Part shown: positions 1 to 9,434 of the stretch, piece by piece | Layout: every line of letters begins with the position of its first letter | How positions within the stretch are numbered: position 1 is the stretch's first letter | Assembly (NCBI GenBank): GCA_945787575.1 | Contig: CALZKB010000004.1 | Coordinates: 4,776 to 68,775, forward strand | DNA length: 64,000 bases | DNA from: Thermoanaerobaculia bacterium | GTDB lineage: Bacteria; Acidobacteriota; Thermoanaerobaculia; Multivoradales; JAHEKO01 | Direction: 5' to 3' | The notes under the pieces: generated by a model | The model's input: the letters and a program-made list of their open reading frames with translations, nothing else | Told to the model about the DNA's origin: nothing | Database searches by the model: none | Made by a program: the position numbers and the translations under genes

Positions 1-664
1 CCGCCAAGGCCCGGCGCCAGCGGCGGTTGCGCGCGAGACTGATCGGATCGGGACGCGCGCCCGGCCCCGCCCAAAACTGCTTGGCACGCGGGCTCGCCAA
101 CAGCGACTGGGCGGCCTCGAGATCAACGCAGCCAGCCAGCAGCCGGCGCCTGAAACCGCCGGGACCGGCCACGTGCACCTCTCCTCCGACCGCGGCCGCC
201 AAAGCGGCACGCGCTTCGGCGAAGTCGTCCTTCCACAAGAACGGAGCGGCTTCCATCAGCTGAGCGACGAGGCGGTCCTCACTCACCGGTTCGAGCTCTT
301 GCGACCACAGGTCGAGAAGGCGCCGTCCGATCCTCCGCGCCTCTCCCCTACCGGCGATCGACCGATCGACTCCGAAGACCTCCTTGAGAAGCTCGGCGAC
401 CCTTCGCTGGGGAGGGTAGGGATCGATTCCTGCCGTCGCGTCGAGCCCGGAGAGGCGGCCGTCGGAGCTCACCTTCGCCTCGGACCAGGCGACCCGCAGC
501 GAGCGGCCGGCTCGACGTAAATGAGCCAGAAGCGCGGCTCCCTGGAGCACGACACCCAATCGCTGACGATCGGTCAAGACCGCGTCACGCGGCGGCCGAA
601 CCCCGACCGCCGCGCCGCCCTGGGCGACAGCCGGGTGGCTGAGAGACCGCGCCTGGGCTCTCAC
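1..664 (-). CDS. hypothetical protein; 3' part continues beyond the left edge of the window
   Basis: My own minus-strand translation from GTG 664 (GTGA overlap with the aroA stop; alternative TTG 577) to base 1 has no stop and G/C-rich third positions (..LTDRQRLGVVLQGAALLAHL..EVFGVDRSIAG..PFLWKDDFAEARAAL..). No family recognised. Absent from the ORF track because no stop lies in the window. Confidence 0.35.
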   Translation of the reverse strand, partial: MRAQARSLSHPAVAQGGAAVGVRPPRDAVLTDRQRLGVVLQGAALLAHLRRAGRSLRVAWSEAKVSSDGRLSGLDATAGIDPYPPQRRVAELLKEVFGVDRSIAGRGEARRIGRRLLDLWSQELEPVSEDRLVAQLMEAAPFLWKDDFAEARAALAAAVGGEVHVAGPGGFRRRLLAGCVDLEAAQSLLASPRAKQFWAGPGARPDPISLARNRRWRRALA

Positions 665-1983
665 CGCGCGAGAAGCCCTTCGAGATCACGCCAGAATCCG
701 GGGTAGGACTTGTTCACGACCGCGGGCTCGGCGATCGCGACTCCCGGCCGCGCCAGCCCGACGAGGGCGAGGCTCATTGCGATCCGATGGTCGCCGTGCG
801 TGCCCACCGTCACCGGCTTCGAAGGCGGCTCACGATCGGCCCAGCAACCGTCGATGACGAGTCCGTCCGGGCGCTCCGCCACCGGGACCCCCAGCTTCGA
901 GAGCTCACCCGCCATCGCCGCCAACCGATCGCTCTCCTTGAACCTGAGATGCGGTACCCCTCGGATCACCGTGGTCCCTTCGGCGAACGGCGCCAGAGCC
1001 GCGAGGGTCGGGACCTGGTCCGGCAGATTGGAGAGATCCGCTTCGATCGCCACGAGCTTGCGGTGCCGCCCGACGCGGACTCCGTCACCCGTCCAATCAA
1101 TACGTGCCCCCATGCGTTCGAGTTGATCGAGGAAGTGTACATCGCCCTGCCTCGATTCCGGCGACAGACCCTCGATCTCGATCTCCCCCGAGGTCACGAC
1201 CGCGGCAGCCGCCGGATAGCAGGCGGACGACGCGTCGACCTCGACCTCGACCCGGTTTCCCCCAGGTCTGCCCGGATCGACCCGGGCGCTCCCGGAGCGC
1301 CAGTCGAAGACCTCGATGCCGAAGCGCTCGAGCGCCCCGATGGTGAGGCCGACGTAGGGGGTGGAGACGAGCTCCTCGATCTCGAGAGTGATCCCCCGCG
1401 GCGCCGCGACCCCGGCCATCAGCAGGGCGGAGACGTACTGGCTCGACTCTCCGGCGGCGATCGCCGTCGTTCCTCCGGCGAGAGAGCCCCCGGCGACGAG
1501 CAGCGGCGCGGAGTCGGGCCTCGCCAGCGGCTCGATCGATGCCTCGAGGCTCGAGAGGGCGGTCAACAGGGCAGCCATCGGGCGCTCCCGAAGTCGTGGA
1601 GCTCCGTCGATCCGCCAGCGACCGGGAATCGCGGCGAGACTGGCGGTCAGGAACCGCAGCATCGTTCCGGAGCCGCGACAGTCGATCTCCACGACCGGCC
1701 CCGGCGCCGCCGCATCACCCGGCGCAGCGGGCGGCGGGAGGATGTGAACGGTCGTCGCCGTGCGGTCGACTCGACAGCCGGCCGCCTCGACACCGGCCAG
1801 GAACGCCTCACAGTCGTCGGCGACGAGCGGGTGGACCACTTCGGTCGGCCCGGTCGAGAGCAAAGCGAGGTTGTAGAAGCGCTGGGTGAGGCTCTTCGAC
1901 GCCGGCGGCCGCACGGCACCGTGGGCCGTGAGCCCGCTCGGCACGGGCAGCGGGTCAGTCGAAGTCGAGTACCAGGCCGTCAT
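661..1983 (-). CDS. aroA: 3-phosphoshikimate 1-carboxyvinyltransferase (EPSP synthase)
   Basis: 440-aa ORF with ATG at 1983. It has PPASKSLTQRFYNLALLS (SKS..R motif), GSGTMLRFL, and the length and layout typical of EPSP synthase. Confidence 0.9.
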   Translation of the reverse strand: MTAWYSTSTDPLPVPSGLTAHGAVRPPASKSLTQRFYNLALLSTGPTEVVHPLVADDCEAFLAGVEAAGCRVDRTATTVHILPPPAAPGDAAAPGPVVEIDCRGSGTMLRFLTASLAAIPGRWRIDGAPRLRERPMAALLTALSSLEASIEPLARPDSAPLLVAGGSLAGGTTAIAAGESSQYVSALLMAGVAAPRGITLEIEELVSTPYVGLTIGALERFGIEVFDWRSGSARVDPGRPGGNRVEVEVDASSACYPAAAAVVTSGEIEIEGLSPESRQGDVHFLDQLERMGARIDWTGDGVRVGRHRKLVAIEADLSNLPDQVPTLAALAPFAEGTTVIRGVPHLRFKESDRLAAMAGELSKLGVPVAERPDGLVIDGCWADREPPSKPVTVGTHGDHRIAMSLALVGLARPGVAIAEPAVVNKSYPGFWRDLEGLLAR

Positions 1984-2728
1984 AGCCGAAGTCGACCGAA
2001 GGTGGGAGCTGCAGTCGAGGGGCGGCGTGATCGACCTCGTGAGCCAGGTGAGTGAGATAGGTCTTGCGAGCGCCGATCCTCGAGCTTGCCGCCAGCGCCT
2101 CTCCGACGCTGAAGTGGGTCGGATGGCGGGTGTAGCGCAACGCGCCCAGAATCAGCACTTCGACGCCGTCGAGCAGTTCGAAGCTCATTTCGGGGATGTG
2201 GCTGCAATCGGTCACGTAGGCGAACTCTCCGATCCGGTAGCCGAGCACCGGAAGATCGCCGTGGAGCACCGGAATCGGCTCGACGGCCCGCCCCAGGATC
2301 TCGAACGGTCCCTGCACGACGCGCAGGTCGAGCCTCGGCTTCCCACCTCCCACCGCCCCCCCCTCGAAGACGTAGGAGAAGGTCCGGCGCAGGGCCGCGA
2401 GGGTCTGCTGAGAGCCATAACAAGGGATCACCTGGCGTTGCCTGAAGTTGAAGATGCGAACGTCGTCGAGCCCGAAGATGTGATCGGCGTGGGCGTGGGT
2501 GAAGAGGATCGCATCGAGCCGGGGCAGTCCGAAGCGCAGGGCTTGATAGCGGAGGTCGGTCGGCGTGTCGACGAGCGCCACGGCGTCGTCGAACTCGAGC
2601 TTGAGTCCGGCGCGCGAACGCACGTTGCGGGGATCGTCCGAGGTGCAAACCGCGCAGTCGCAGCCGATGACCGGCACTCCGCTCGAAGTCCCCGAACCCA
2701 ACATCGTGACCCGCAGACTCACAGCCAC
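1955..2728 (-). CDS. MBL-fold metallo-hydrolase (PhnP/GPMBL-like)
   Basis: 257-aa ORF with TMLGSGTSSGVPVIGCDCAVC N-terminus and HAHADH metal motif. GTG 2728 overlaps the upstream stop; the 3' end overlaps the aroA start by 29 nt. Confidence 0.8.
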   Translation of the reverse strand: MAVSLRVTMLGSGTSSGVPVIGCDCAVCTSDDPRNVRSRAGLKLEFDDAVALVDTPTDLRYQALRFGLPRLDAILFTHAHADHIFGLDDVRIFNFRQRQVIPCYGSQQTLAALRRTFSYVFEGGAVGGGKPRLDLRVVQGPFEILGRAVEPIPVLHGDLPVLGYRIGEFAYVTDCSHIPEMSFELLDGVEVLILGALRYTRHPTHFSVGEALAASSRIGARKTYLTHLAHEVDHAAPRLQLPPSVDFGYDGLVLDFD

Positions 2729-3405
2729 TCCAGCTCTCGAGTTCGAAACCAGGCGTCGAGCAAACGGATGACGCCACCGTCCACCTCCCAGCGGTGCGGC
2801 TCGTGGAAATGACCCAGGAGCAAGCGGTCGTGGCCCTCCTGGAAGCGCTTGCGGCCGTAGTCGCGGATCGCCCGCTCGGGAATCGCCTGCTTATGCTTGA
2901 AGTTGGTGTCCGCGAGCCGTGTTTCGGTGCGATAGACGAGGGACTGGGCTAGCCTCCTCGGCAGATGGAGCATCATCCATCGCACCGGCCGGCTCTTCGA
3001 GAGCCACCGCCAGAACAGATACTGGCGATCGCGATCGTTCAAACCGTCGCCATGGACCACCAGATAGCGCCGTCCCTCGGCGTCGAAAGCGAGCTCCCTC
3101 CCCACCGAATCGAAAAGCTCGGCGTAGGGAGACTCGGCGACAAAGAAGTCGCGGTTACCCTCGATGTAGTCGAGGCGTGTTCCGCTTTCCTTGAGCGAGC
3201 GAAGCGCGGCGAGGACCGTGCGGATGTCTTCGGTCTCGTAGGCGGCGTCGGCGACCCAAACCTGGAAGAGGTCGCCCAGCACCACCAGGTGCCGGCAGTG
3301 CTGCGCCGGTAGCTCGGCGAGCTGGTCGGCCAGCGGCCGCGCCTCGCCTCCCGGCCCGCCGATGTGGGCGTCGGCCAAGAGCGCGATCCCCGAAGCTGTG
3401 GTCAC
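2719..3405 (-). CDS. lpxH: UDP-2,3-diacylglucosamine diphosphatase (LpxH-family metallophosphoesterase)
   Basis: 228-aa ORF with calcineurin-like motifs LLADAHIG, LGDLFQVWV, GNRDF, VHGD, GHFHEP in LpxH order. Confidence 0.7.
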   Translation of the reverse strand: MTTASGIALLADAHIGGPGGEARPLADQLAELPAQHCRHLVVLGDLFQVWVADAAYETEDIRTVLAALRSLKESGTRLDYIEGNRDFFVAESPYAELFDSVGRELAFDAEGRRYLVVHGDGLNDRDRQYLFWRWLSKSRPVRWMMLHLPRRLAQSLVYRTETRLADTNFKHKQAIPERAIRDYGRKRFQEGHDRLLLGHFHEPHRWEVDGGVIRLLDAWFRTRELEWL

Positions 3406-3430
3406 CGACGAATCTCGGGTGCGACAGCGG

Positions 3431-4507
3431 TCACGAAATCGTCAGTTTCGGCCGCTCGCGGGCCGCGACCTGCCTGATGACACCCTGCGCGACTTCGCCG
3501 AACGCCGCCGCGTGAGGTCCCTCCGGCAGGGTCACGACGATGGGAGTGCCGGCGTCGCCCCCTTCGACGATGGCGGGATCGATGGGGATGCTGCCGAGGA
3601 ACGGGCACTCCAGAAGGTCGGCCGTTCTCCTCGCTCCGTTACGCTTGAAGATATCGGTCGTCTCCCCGCAATGGGGGCAGGCGAAACCCGACATGTTCTC
3701 GACGAGACCGAGGACCGGAACGTTGACCTTGCGGAACATCGCGAGCCCCTTGCGGGCGTCGATGAGCGCGATGTCCTGCGGCGTCGAGACGATCACGGCT
3801 CCGGCTAGAGGCACCCGCTGGCTGATCGTCAGCTGCGCGTCCCCGGTGCCGGGAGGCAGATCGATGATCATGTAGTCGAGCTCACCCCAGTCGACGTCGC
3901 CGAGTAGCTGCTCGAGCGCCTTCATCACCATCGGCCCCCGCCAGATGACCGGTGTATCGACCTCGAGAATGAAGCCGAGCGACATGAGCTTGACGCCGTA
4001 GCGGTCGAAGGGCTGGAGCCGGTTGTCGTGAACGAGCGGCCGCTCTTCGATGCCGAACATCATCGGCATCGACGGGCCGTAGATGTCGGCGTCGAGGAGA
4101 CCGACTCGCTGACCCATCTGCGCGAGGCGGACAGCCAAGTTGGCCGAGACGGTCGACTTGCCCACGCCGCCCTTGCCGCTGGCGACCGCGACGACGTGAC
4201 TCACGTTCGGCAGGAAGTCGGGACTCTGCGAGACCGCCTGCTGGGCCGCGGACTGGGGGGCGCGCAGCTCGAGTCCAACGCGAACGTTGGCGCCCGGGAT
4301 CGCATCGGACAGGGTCTTCTGCACGTCGTCCTGGACCGTTTGCGCGGACGGCCGGCTGTGAGTCGTGATGACGAGATCCACGGCGATGTCGTCCCCCACC
4401 GCCGCGACCCGATCGACGAAGCCGAACGACACGATATCGCGGCTCATTCCTGGAAATTGGACCTGCCTGAGAAGATCCCAGACCCTGTTCTCGAGCTCGT
4501 TAGCCAT
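3431..4507 (-). CDS. apbC: Mrp/ApbC-type Fe-S cluster carrier ATPase with N-terminal DUF59-like domain
   Basis: 358-aa ORF with deviant Walker A VASGKGGVGKSTVSANLA, the CPHCG motif of the Mrp/NBP35 family, and an N-terminal MIP18/DUF59-like segment. Confidence 0.9.
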   Translation of the reverse strand: MANELENRVWDLLRQVQFPGMSRDIVSFGFVDRVAAVGDDIAVDLVITTHSRPSAQTVQDDVQKTLSDAIPGANVRVGLELRAPQSAAQQAVSQSPDFLPNVSHVVAVASGKGGVGKSTVSANLAVRLAQMGQRVGLLDADIYGPSMPMMFGIEERPLVHDNRLQPFDRYGVKLMSLGFILEVDTPVIWRGPMVMKALEQLLGDVDWGELDYMIIDLPPGTGDAQLTISQRVPLAGAVIVSTPQDIALIDARKGLAMFRKVNVPVLGLVENMSGFACPHCGETTDIFKRNGARRTADLLECPFLGSIPIDPAIVEGGDAGTPIVVTLPEGPHAAAFGEVAQGVIRQVAARERPKLTIS

Positions 4508-4558
4508 CGGTGTTCACTCTAGCAGCCCCGCGTGGAGGTCCCATGGGTCGCGCGACGA

Positions 4559-5326
4559 CTACTTCACCACTTCGGTACCCGCTAGTTGCGCCACCTGCTC
4601 CCGAACCCGCTCCGTCAGGTCGCGCCGATCACGCACGCCCGCCCCGCTCAGATCGATGGGAGCACCATAGCGGACCTGAATGGTCCCGGGCCGGATGACG
4701 AAGCTCTTCTTCGGCTGCACCTCGAAGCTCCCTTTGATTCCGACGGGCACGATCGGCAGCCCGCTCTTCAAGGCCAACAACATCCCACCGCGCTGGAACG
4801 GCAGGAGACGACCGTCGGTCGAGCGCGTCCCTTCCGGGAAGATGAGAGCGGAGGTGCCTGACTGCAGCCGCGCGACCGCCGCGTCGAAGCTCTCCTTGGC
4901 TCCGCTCCGATTGTCGCGGTCGATGCTGATGAAGCCTCCGAGCTTGATCGCCCAGCCGAAGAACGGGATCCGAAAGAGGCTGCGCTTGGCGAGCATCCGC
5001 GCCTGCGTCGGAAGCGTCACGAACAAGACCGGAATGTCGAAGAGGCTCTGATGATTGGCCATGTAGACCACCGGCTGGTCGGGGCTCACCCGGGCGCTGT
5101 GGCTGCTTCGCAGCTCGATGCCGCTCGTCACCACGATGCCACGGCTCCAGAGGCGTCCAACCCGAAAGGTCGTGTTGCCGGAGCGGTCGAGAAGCCCGGT
5201 CACGAGGGCGACGGTCGAAAAGAAGAGGGTCCCCAGGACCAGGTACAGATTGCCGACGACGGTGGCGAGAGCCGTGGCCATCGGACCCACTCGACGTCGA
5301 GAGGCCTGCGATCGGTCGCCGTCCAT
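4559..5326 (-). CDS. plsC: 1-acyl-sn-glycerol-3-phosphate acyltransferase
   Basis: 255-aa ORF with HX4D motif NHQSLFD, FPEGTRS and an N-terminal TM helix. The start could instead be the internal Met 15 codons downstream. Confidence 0.85.
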   Translation of the reverse strand: MDGDRSQASRRRVGPMATALATVVGNLYLVLGTLFFSTVALVTGLLDRSGNTTFRVGRLWSRGIVVTSGIELRSSHSARVSPDQPVVYMANHQSLFDIPVLFVTLPTQARMLAKRSLFRIPFFGWAIKLGGFISIDRDNRSGAKESFDAAVARLQSGTSALIFPEGTRSTDGRLLPFQRGGMLLALKSGLPIVPVGIKGSFEVQPKKSFVIRPGTIQVRYGAPIDLSGAGVRDRRDLTERVREQVAQLAGTEVVK

Positions 5327-5438
5327 TCCTTGCCATGCTACCTCATCGCCAGCCTTGCGCCGGCTGTTCTCGTGCTCCGAAAACGCTCGCGATCCGCCCG
5401 GCGGGAACGCCGCCCTCGACTGCTAGTATCTTTCGTTC

Positions 5439-5792
5439 ATGCCCTCGTCGCGCGCCTCACAACGGCCCTCCGTCTCGCGCCACGCGCTGCGGGCCGCTCT
5501 ACTGACAGGAGCGCTTATGGACCTCGCCCTCGCGGTTTCCCTGGCGTTCGCGGCCGCGTCCACGGGTGGCCAGCTCCGGTTTACCGTCTCCGCGCTCCTG
5601 GCTCGCTCCTGCGTCCAAGCTCTCTCCTGTTACGACCTGCATCGCTACCACTCACTGATCCCGGCGGTCGGCGCGAGCCTCACCCTACCGGCTCTCGCCG
5701 GCCTGGTCGACGGCAGCGTCGGGCCGTGGGCCGCCGCCGCGGCGGCGATCGGGATCGTGCAACTCATGGCCCGCTGGATCCTCGGGCGATGA
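5439..5792 (+). CDS. small hydrophobic hypothetical protein, translationally coupled to mlaE
   Basis: 117-aa ORF whose stop overlaps the mlaE ATG (ATGA at 5789-5792). It has several hydrophobic stretches and moderately G/C-rich third positions. No family recognised. Confidence 0.35.
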   Translation: MPSSRASQRPSVSRHALRAALLTGALMDLALAVSLAFAAASTGGQLRFTVSALLARSCVQALSCYDLHRYHSLIPAVGASLTLPALAGLVDGSVGPWAAAAAAIGIVQLMARWILGR

Positions 5793-6553
5793 GTCTGCTC
5801 GACCGCGGGGGTGAAGCCGTCCGCCACGTTGGCGCGATCGGGATCCTCAGCGCTCAGGCGGTCACCGCGATGCTGCGCCCGCGCTACGAAGTGGGAGCCT
5901 GGATTCGCGAAATGGAGCAAGTCGGAGTGCGCTCCTTGGGAGTCGCCGCCATCACCACGGTCTTCACGGGGATGGTCCTCGCGCTGCAGACCGCGTACAG
6001 CCTGCCGTCACTCGGGGTCAAGTACTACATCGGAACCGTCGTGTCGAAATCTCTCGTCCGCGAGCTCGGGCCGGTGCTGACGGCTCTCATCGTGGGCGGG
6101 CGGATCGGCTCGGGCATGACGGCCGAGCTCGGCACCATGAAGGTGACCGAACAGATCGACGCGCTCAGATCGATGGCCGCCGATCCGGTCAAGAAGCTCG
6201 TCGTCCCGAAGCTCGTGGCGAGCCTCGTGATGCTCCCCGCCCTCACCATCCTCGGAAACCTCCTCGGAATCCTCGGCGGATTGCTGATCGCGGTCTTCCA
6301 ACTCGACCTCACGGCAGGCTTCTTCGTCAACGACGTGCTGGGCTCCCAGACACTCTCGGACGTCGTCAGTGGCATTGGGAAGTCCTTCTTCTTCGCGTTC
6401 TTCATCGCGATCATCGGCTGCTACAATGGACTGACTGCACGAGGTGGCGCCGACGGAGTCGGCCGGGCGACGACCAACACGGTCGTCATGACCTCGATCC
6501 TGGTCATGGTGTCCGATTTCTTTCTCACCAAGCTCTTCTACACCCTCTTCTAA
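5789..6553 (+). CDS. mlaE: MlaE-family ABC transporter permease (phospholipid/lipid asymmetry system)
   Basis: This is the C-terminal 254 aa of ORF 5051..6553, starting at ATG 5789. It shows the MlaE pattern ..VGVRSLGVAAITTVFTGMVLALQ..VRELGPVLTALIVGGRIGSGMTAELGTMKVTEQIDAL... The upstream part of the ORF is antisense shadow of plsC. Confidence 0.9.
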   Translation: MSLLDRGGEAVRHVGAIGILSAQAVTAMLRPRYEVGAWIREMEQVGVRSLGVAAITTVFTGMVLALQTAYSLPSLGVKYYIGTVVSKSLVRELGPVLTALIVGGRIGSGMTAELGTMKVTEQIDALRSMAADPVKKLVVPKLVASLVMLPALTILGNLLGILGGLLIAVFQLDLTAGFFVNDVLGSQTLSDVVSGIGKSFFFAFFIAIIGCYNGLTARGGADGVGRATTNTVVMTSILVMVSDFFLTKLFYTLF

Positions 6554-6554
6554 G

Positions 6555-7325
6555 TTGGACATCGACCCCCTCAGCAGCCCGCTGTTCGAGATCCGTCGCC
6601 TCTCCAAGGCGTACGGGCAAAAGCGAGTCCTCGACGACGTTTCGTTCGACGTCGGTCGGGGCGAGTGTCTCGTCGTGCTGGGCCGGTCAGGCTCGGGCAA
6701 GAGCGTGCTCTTGCGCCAGTTGAACGGTCTCGAGCGACCCGACGGCGGATCGGTCGTCTTCGACGGAATCGAACTGTCGGCGCTCACCGAGCGGGAGCTG
6801 TTCCCCTTGCGCCGGCGGATCGCAATGCTCTTTCAGAGCGGCGCGATGTTCGACTCCCTGACCGTCGGCCAGAACGTCGGATTCCCGATCGCGGAGCACA
6901 CCGACAAGGAGCCGGGAGCGATCGCCGATCTGGCCGTCGAGAAGCTGCGCATGGTCGGCCTCGAAGGGATCGCCGACAAGATGCCCTCGGCGCTTTCGGG
7001 CGGGATGCGCAAGCGGGCGGCACTCGCCCGATCGCTCGCCCTCGACCCCGAGGTCATACTCTTCGACGAGCCGACCACCGGCCTCGACCCGGTCACCTCG
7101 GCCGCCATCGGCCACCTCATCCGCTCGACCCAGGAGCGCCTCGGCACGACCTCGGTGGTCGTCACCCACGATCTGGCGCTCGCTCGAGCCATCGCCGATC
7201 GCATCGGCTTTCTCTCCGACCAGACTTTCCGGTTCCTCGGCAGCTGGGAAGAGGCTCGCGCCGCCGGCGACGCAGCCCTCACCGACTTCCTGGAAGGACG
7301 CTTCAGGGAGGCCGACGTTGCGTGA
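6555..7325 (+). CDS. mlaF: MlaF-family ABC transporter ATP-binding protein
   Basis: 256-aa ORF with Walker A GRSGSGKS, signature LSGGMRKR and Walker B ILFDEP. TTG start at 6555. Confidence 0.9.
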   Translation: MDIDPLSSPLFEIRRLSKAYGQKRVLDDVSFDVGRGECLVVLGRSGSGKSVLLRQLNGLERPDGGSVVFDGIELSALTERELFPLRRRIAMLFQSGAMFDSLTVGQNVGFPIAEHTDKEPGAIADLAVEKLRMVGLEGIADKMPSALSGGMRKRAALARSLALDPEVILFDEPTTGLDPVTSAAIGHLIRSTQERLGTTSVVVTHDLALARAIADRIGFLSDQTFRFLGSWEEARAAGDAALTDFLEGRFREADVA

Positions 7326-8445
7326 GCTAAGGGTCGGCGCTCTCATCGTTGCGGCCCTCATCGCCCTTGCGGTCGGCATCTTCCTCATCGGCGAGAGCAA
7401 CAATCTCTTCTCTCGCAAGAGTCGCTACATCGTGCGCTTCGAGACGGTCGGCGGCCTCACGACGGGCAATCCGGTTCAGCTCAACGGCGTGACGGTGGGG
7501 AGCGTCGGACGTATCGATCTGCCGGAGCAGGTCGACGAGCGACAGCTCACGGTCCACATCTCGCTCGACGGGCGTTACTCGAACCGGGTGCGGACCGATT
7601 CCGAGGCGCGCATCAAGACCCTCGGGCTGCTGGGCGACAAGTACATTCAGCTCACCTCGGGCTCCCCCGACGCTCCGGCCATTCCCAAAGGGGGCGAGAT
7701 CCGAGCGGCCGAAGCCACCGACGTCGATCAGCTGATCGCGTCCGGCGAGAACGCGGTCGACAATTTCGTGGCAATCTCGGTCTCGTTGCGAGAGATCCTC
7801 GCGCGGATGGAGAGAGGCGAGGGCATTCTCGGCCAGCTGACCGACGACAGCGAGACCGGGAACGAGGTCCGGAGCAAGTTGCTCCACATCCTCGAATCGA
7901 TCGATGGGATGATGCGCAAGACCGAGCGCGGGGAAGGCTCCCTCGGTCGGTTGATCAGCGACGACACGCTCGCCGTTCGCCTCGAGGGCTCGGCCGAGCG
8001 GCTCGAGTCGATTCTCGAGCTGGTGGACTCCGGCGAAGGAACACTGCCGTCGCTGCTGCGCGATTCCTCGACCAAGGAGCGCCTCGACGAAGCGATAACC
8101 AGCCTCGGCACGGCGTCGCGAGAGGTCTCGGAGCTCGCTCGTGAGCTTCGGGAAGGAGACGGCCTGTTACCCCGACTGCTCAACGACGAGGAGTACGGCG
8201 GCAAGCTCACCACCGATCTCGAGAACCTGCTCGAGAAGCTCAGTCGCGTCGCCGAACGACTCGAGGGGGGCGACGGGACCGCCTCGCAGCTGATCAACGA
8301 TCCGCAGGTCTACGAAGCGATTCAGGACATCCTCGTCGGTGTCGACGAGTCTCGGCTGCTCCGCTGGCTGATCCGCAATCGCCAGAAGAAGGGGATCGAG
8401 ATTCGCTACGAGGAAGCTCAGAAGGAGGGTGCGTCGCAACCGTAG
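7318..8445 (+). CDS. mlaD: MlaD/MCE-domain protein with long coiled-coil C-terminus
   Basis: 375-aa ORF with an N-terminal TM helix (VGALIVAALIALAVGIFLIG), an MCE domain (..TVGGLTTGNPVQLNGVTVGSVGRIDL..) and a repeated EGxLGxLxxD helical region. Confidence 0.85.
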   Translation: MRELRVGALIVAALIALAVGIFLIGESNNLFSRKSRYIVRFETVGGLTTGNPVQLNGVTVGSVGRIDLPEQVDERQLTVHISLDGRYSNRVRTDSEARIKTLGLLGDKYIQLTSGSPDAPAIPKGGEIRAAEATDVDQLIASGENAVDNFVAISVSLREILARMERGEGILGQLTDDSETGNEVRSKLLHILESIDGMMRKTERGEGSLGRLISDDTLAVRLEGSAERLESILELVDSGEGTLPSLLRDSSTKERLDEAITSLGTASREVSELARELREGDGLLPRLLNDEEYGGKLTTDLENLLEKLSRVAERLEGGDGTASQLINDPQVYEAIQDILVGVDESRLLRWLIRNRQKKGIEIRYEEAQKEGASQP

Positions 8446-8461
8446 CGACGCCGAGGAAGAG

Positions 8462-9430
8462 ATGAGTCACGTTCTCGTTACGGGCGGAGCCGGTTTCATC
8501 GGATCCCACCTCACTCGACGATTGCTCGATCGAGGAGACGCCGTCACGGTTCTCGACGACTTCAACGACTACTACGATCCGCGAAAGAAGCACGCGAACA
8601 TAACGCCCTTCCGGAAGCACGAAGCCTACCGCGTCGTCGAGGGGGACATCCGCGATGCCGAGTTGGTCGATCGACTGTTTCGCGAGCGCTCGTTCGACGG
8701 CGTCGTTCACCTGGCGGCCCGCGCCGGAGTCCGGCCGAGCCTGGCCGAGCCGATTCTCTACGAAGAGGTCAACTGCATCGGTACTCTCCATCTGCTCCAG
8801 GCCGCGCGGGAACACGGCCCCGAGGTCTTTGTTTTCGGCTCCTCCTCGTCCGTGTACGGCATCAACGAGAAGGTCCCTTTCGGCGAGGACGACGAGGTCA
8901 ACCAGCCGATCAGCCCGTACGCGACGACCAAGCGCGCGGGCGAGCTGCTCTGCTACAACTATCACCATCTCTACGGCCTAAAGACCTCGTGCCTGCGCTT
9001 TTTCACCGTCTACGGCCCGGCGCAGCGCCCAGAGATGGCGATTCACAAATTCACCGACCTCCTGGCCCGTGGCGAGTCGATCCCGATGTTCGGGGACGGC
9101 TCCAGCCGGCGCGATTACACCTTCATCTCCGACATTATCGATGGAGTGGAGGCCGCCTTGGACGCCGCCTTCGACTTCGAGATTCTCAATCTCGGAGGCG
9201 CCGAGACGACGTCGTTACAGGACCTGGTTCACTGGATCGCGGCCGAGCTTGATGCGGAGCCGAGCATCGAGTATCTTCCCGACCAGCCCGGCGACGTGCC
9301 GATCACCTACGCCGATGTCACCAAGGCCGGTCGGCTTCTGGGCTACGCCCCCAAGGTACCTATCCGGGATGGTCTTCGACGTTTCGTCGACTGGTACCGC
9401 ACCAACAACCCGAACCGATCGACAGACTGA
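8462..9430 (+). CDS. NAD-dependent sugar-nucleotide epimerase, UDP-glucuronate 4-epimerase-like
   Basis: MSHVLVTGGAGFIGSHL Rossmann start (ATG 8462 inside ORF 8429..9430), catalytic YATTKRAGE (YxxxK), and the RFFTVYGP motif of the GAE/CapI group. Confidence 0.8.
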   Translation: MSHVLVTGGAGFIGSHLTRRLLDRGDAVTVLDDFNDYYDPRKKHANITPFRKHEAYRVVEGDIRDAELVDRLFRERSFDGVVHLAARAGVRPSLAEPILYEEVNCIGTLHLLQAAREHGPEVFVFGSSSSVYGINEKVPFGEDDEVNQPISPYATTKRAGELLCYNYHHLYGLKTSCLRFFTVYGPAQRPEMAIHKFTDLLARGESIPMFGDGSSRRDYTFISDIIDGVEAALDAAFDFEILNLGGAETTSLQDLVHWIAAELDAEPSIEYLPDQPGDVPITYADVTKAGRLLGYAPKVPIRDGLRRFVDWYRTNNPNRSTD

Positions 9431-9434
9431 ACTG

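Noticed and set aside
787-2055. Long ORFs antisense to, or out of frame with, recognised genes. Examples: 787..2055, 1980..2777, 6008..6787, 12563..13600, 14029..15789, 20843..22465 N-terminal part, 34614..37139, 40146..41495, 54693..56900, 58548..60752, 59302..60468.
   Set aside because: Their products are Arg/Pro/Gly/Ala-rich low-complexity strings with no motifs. They overlap ORFs that carry clear family signatures. Stop-poor shadow frames are expected at this GC content.
5051-5788. N-terminal extensions of track ORFs: 5051..6553, 9069..10760, 9485..11704, 44883..47351, 54816..55766, 57159..58514, 25151..26572, 59817..61598.
   Set aside because: The extensions overlap the preceding gene in another frame and are compositionally junk. 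Each has an internal start with an RBS, or a stop/start overlap, that begins exactly at the conserved N-terminus of the family.
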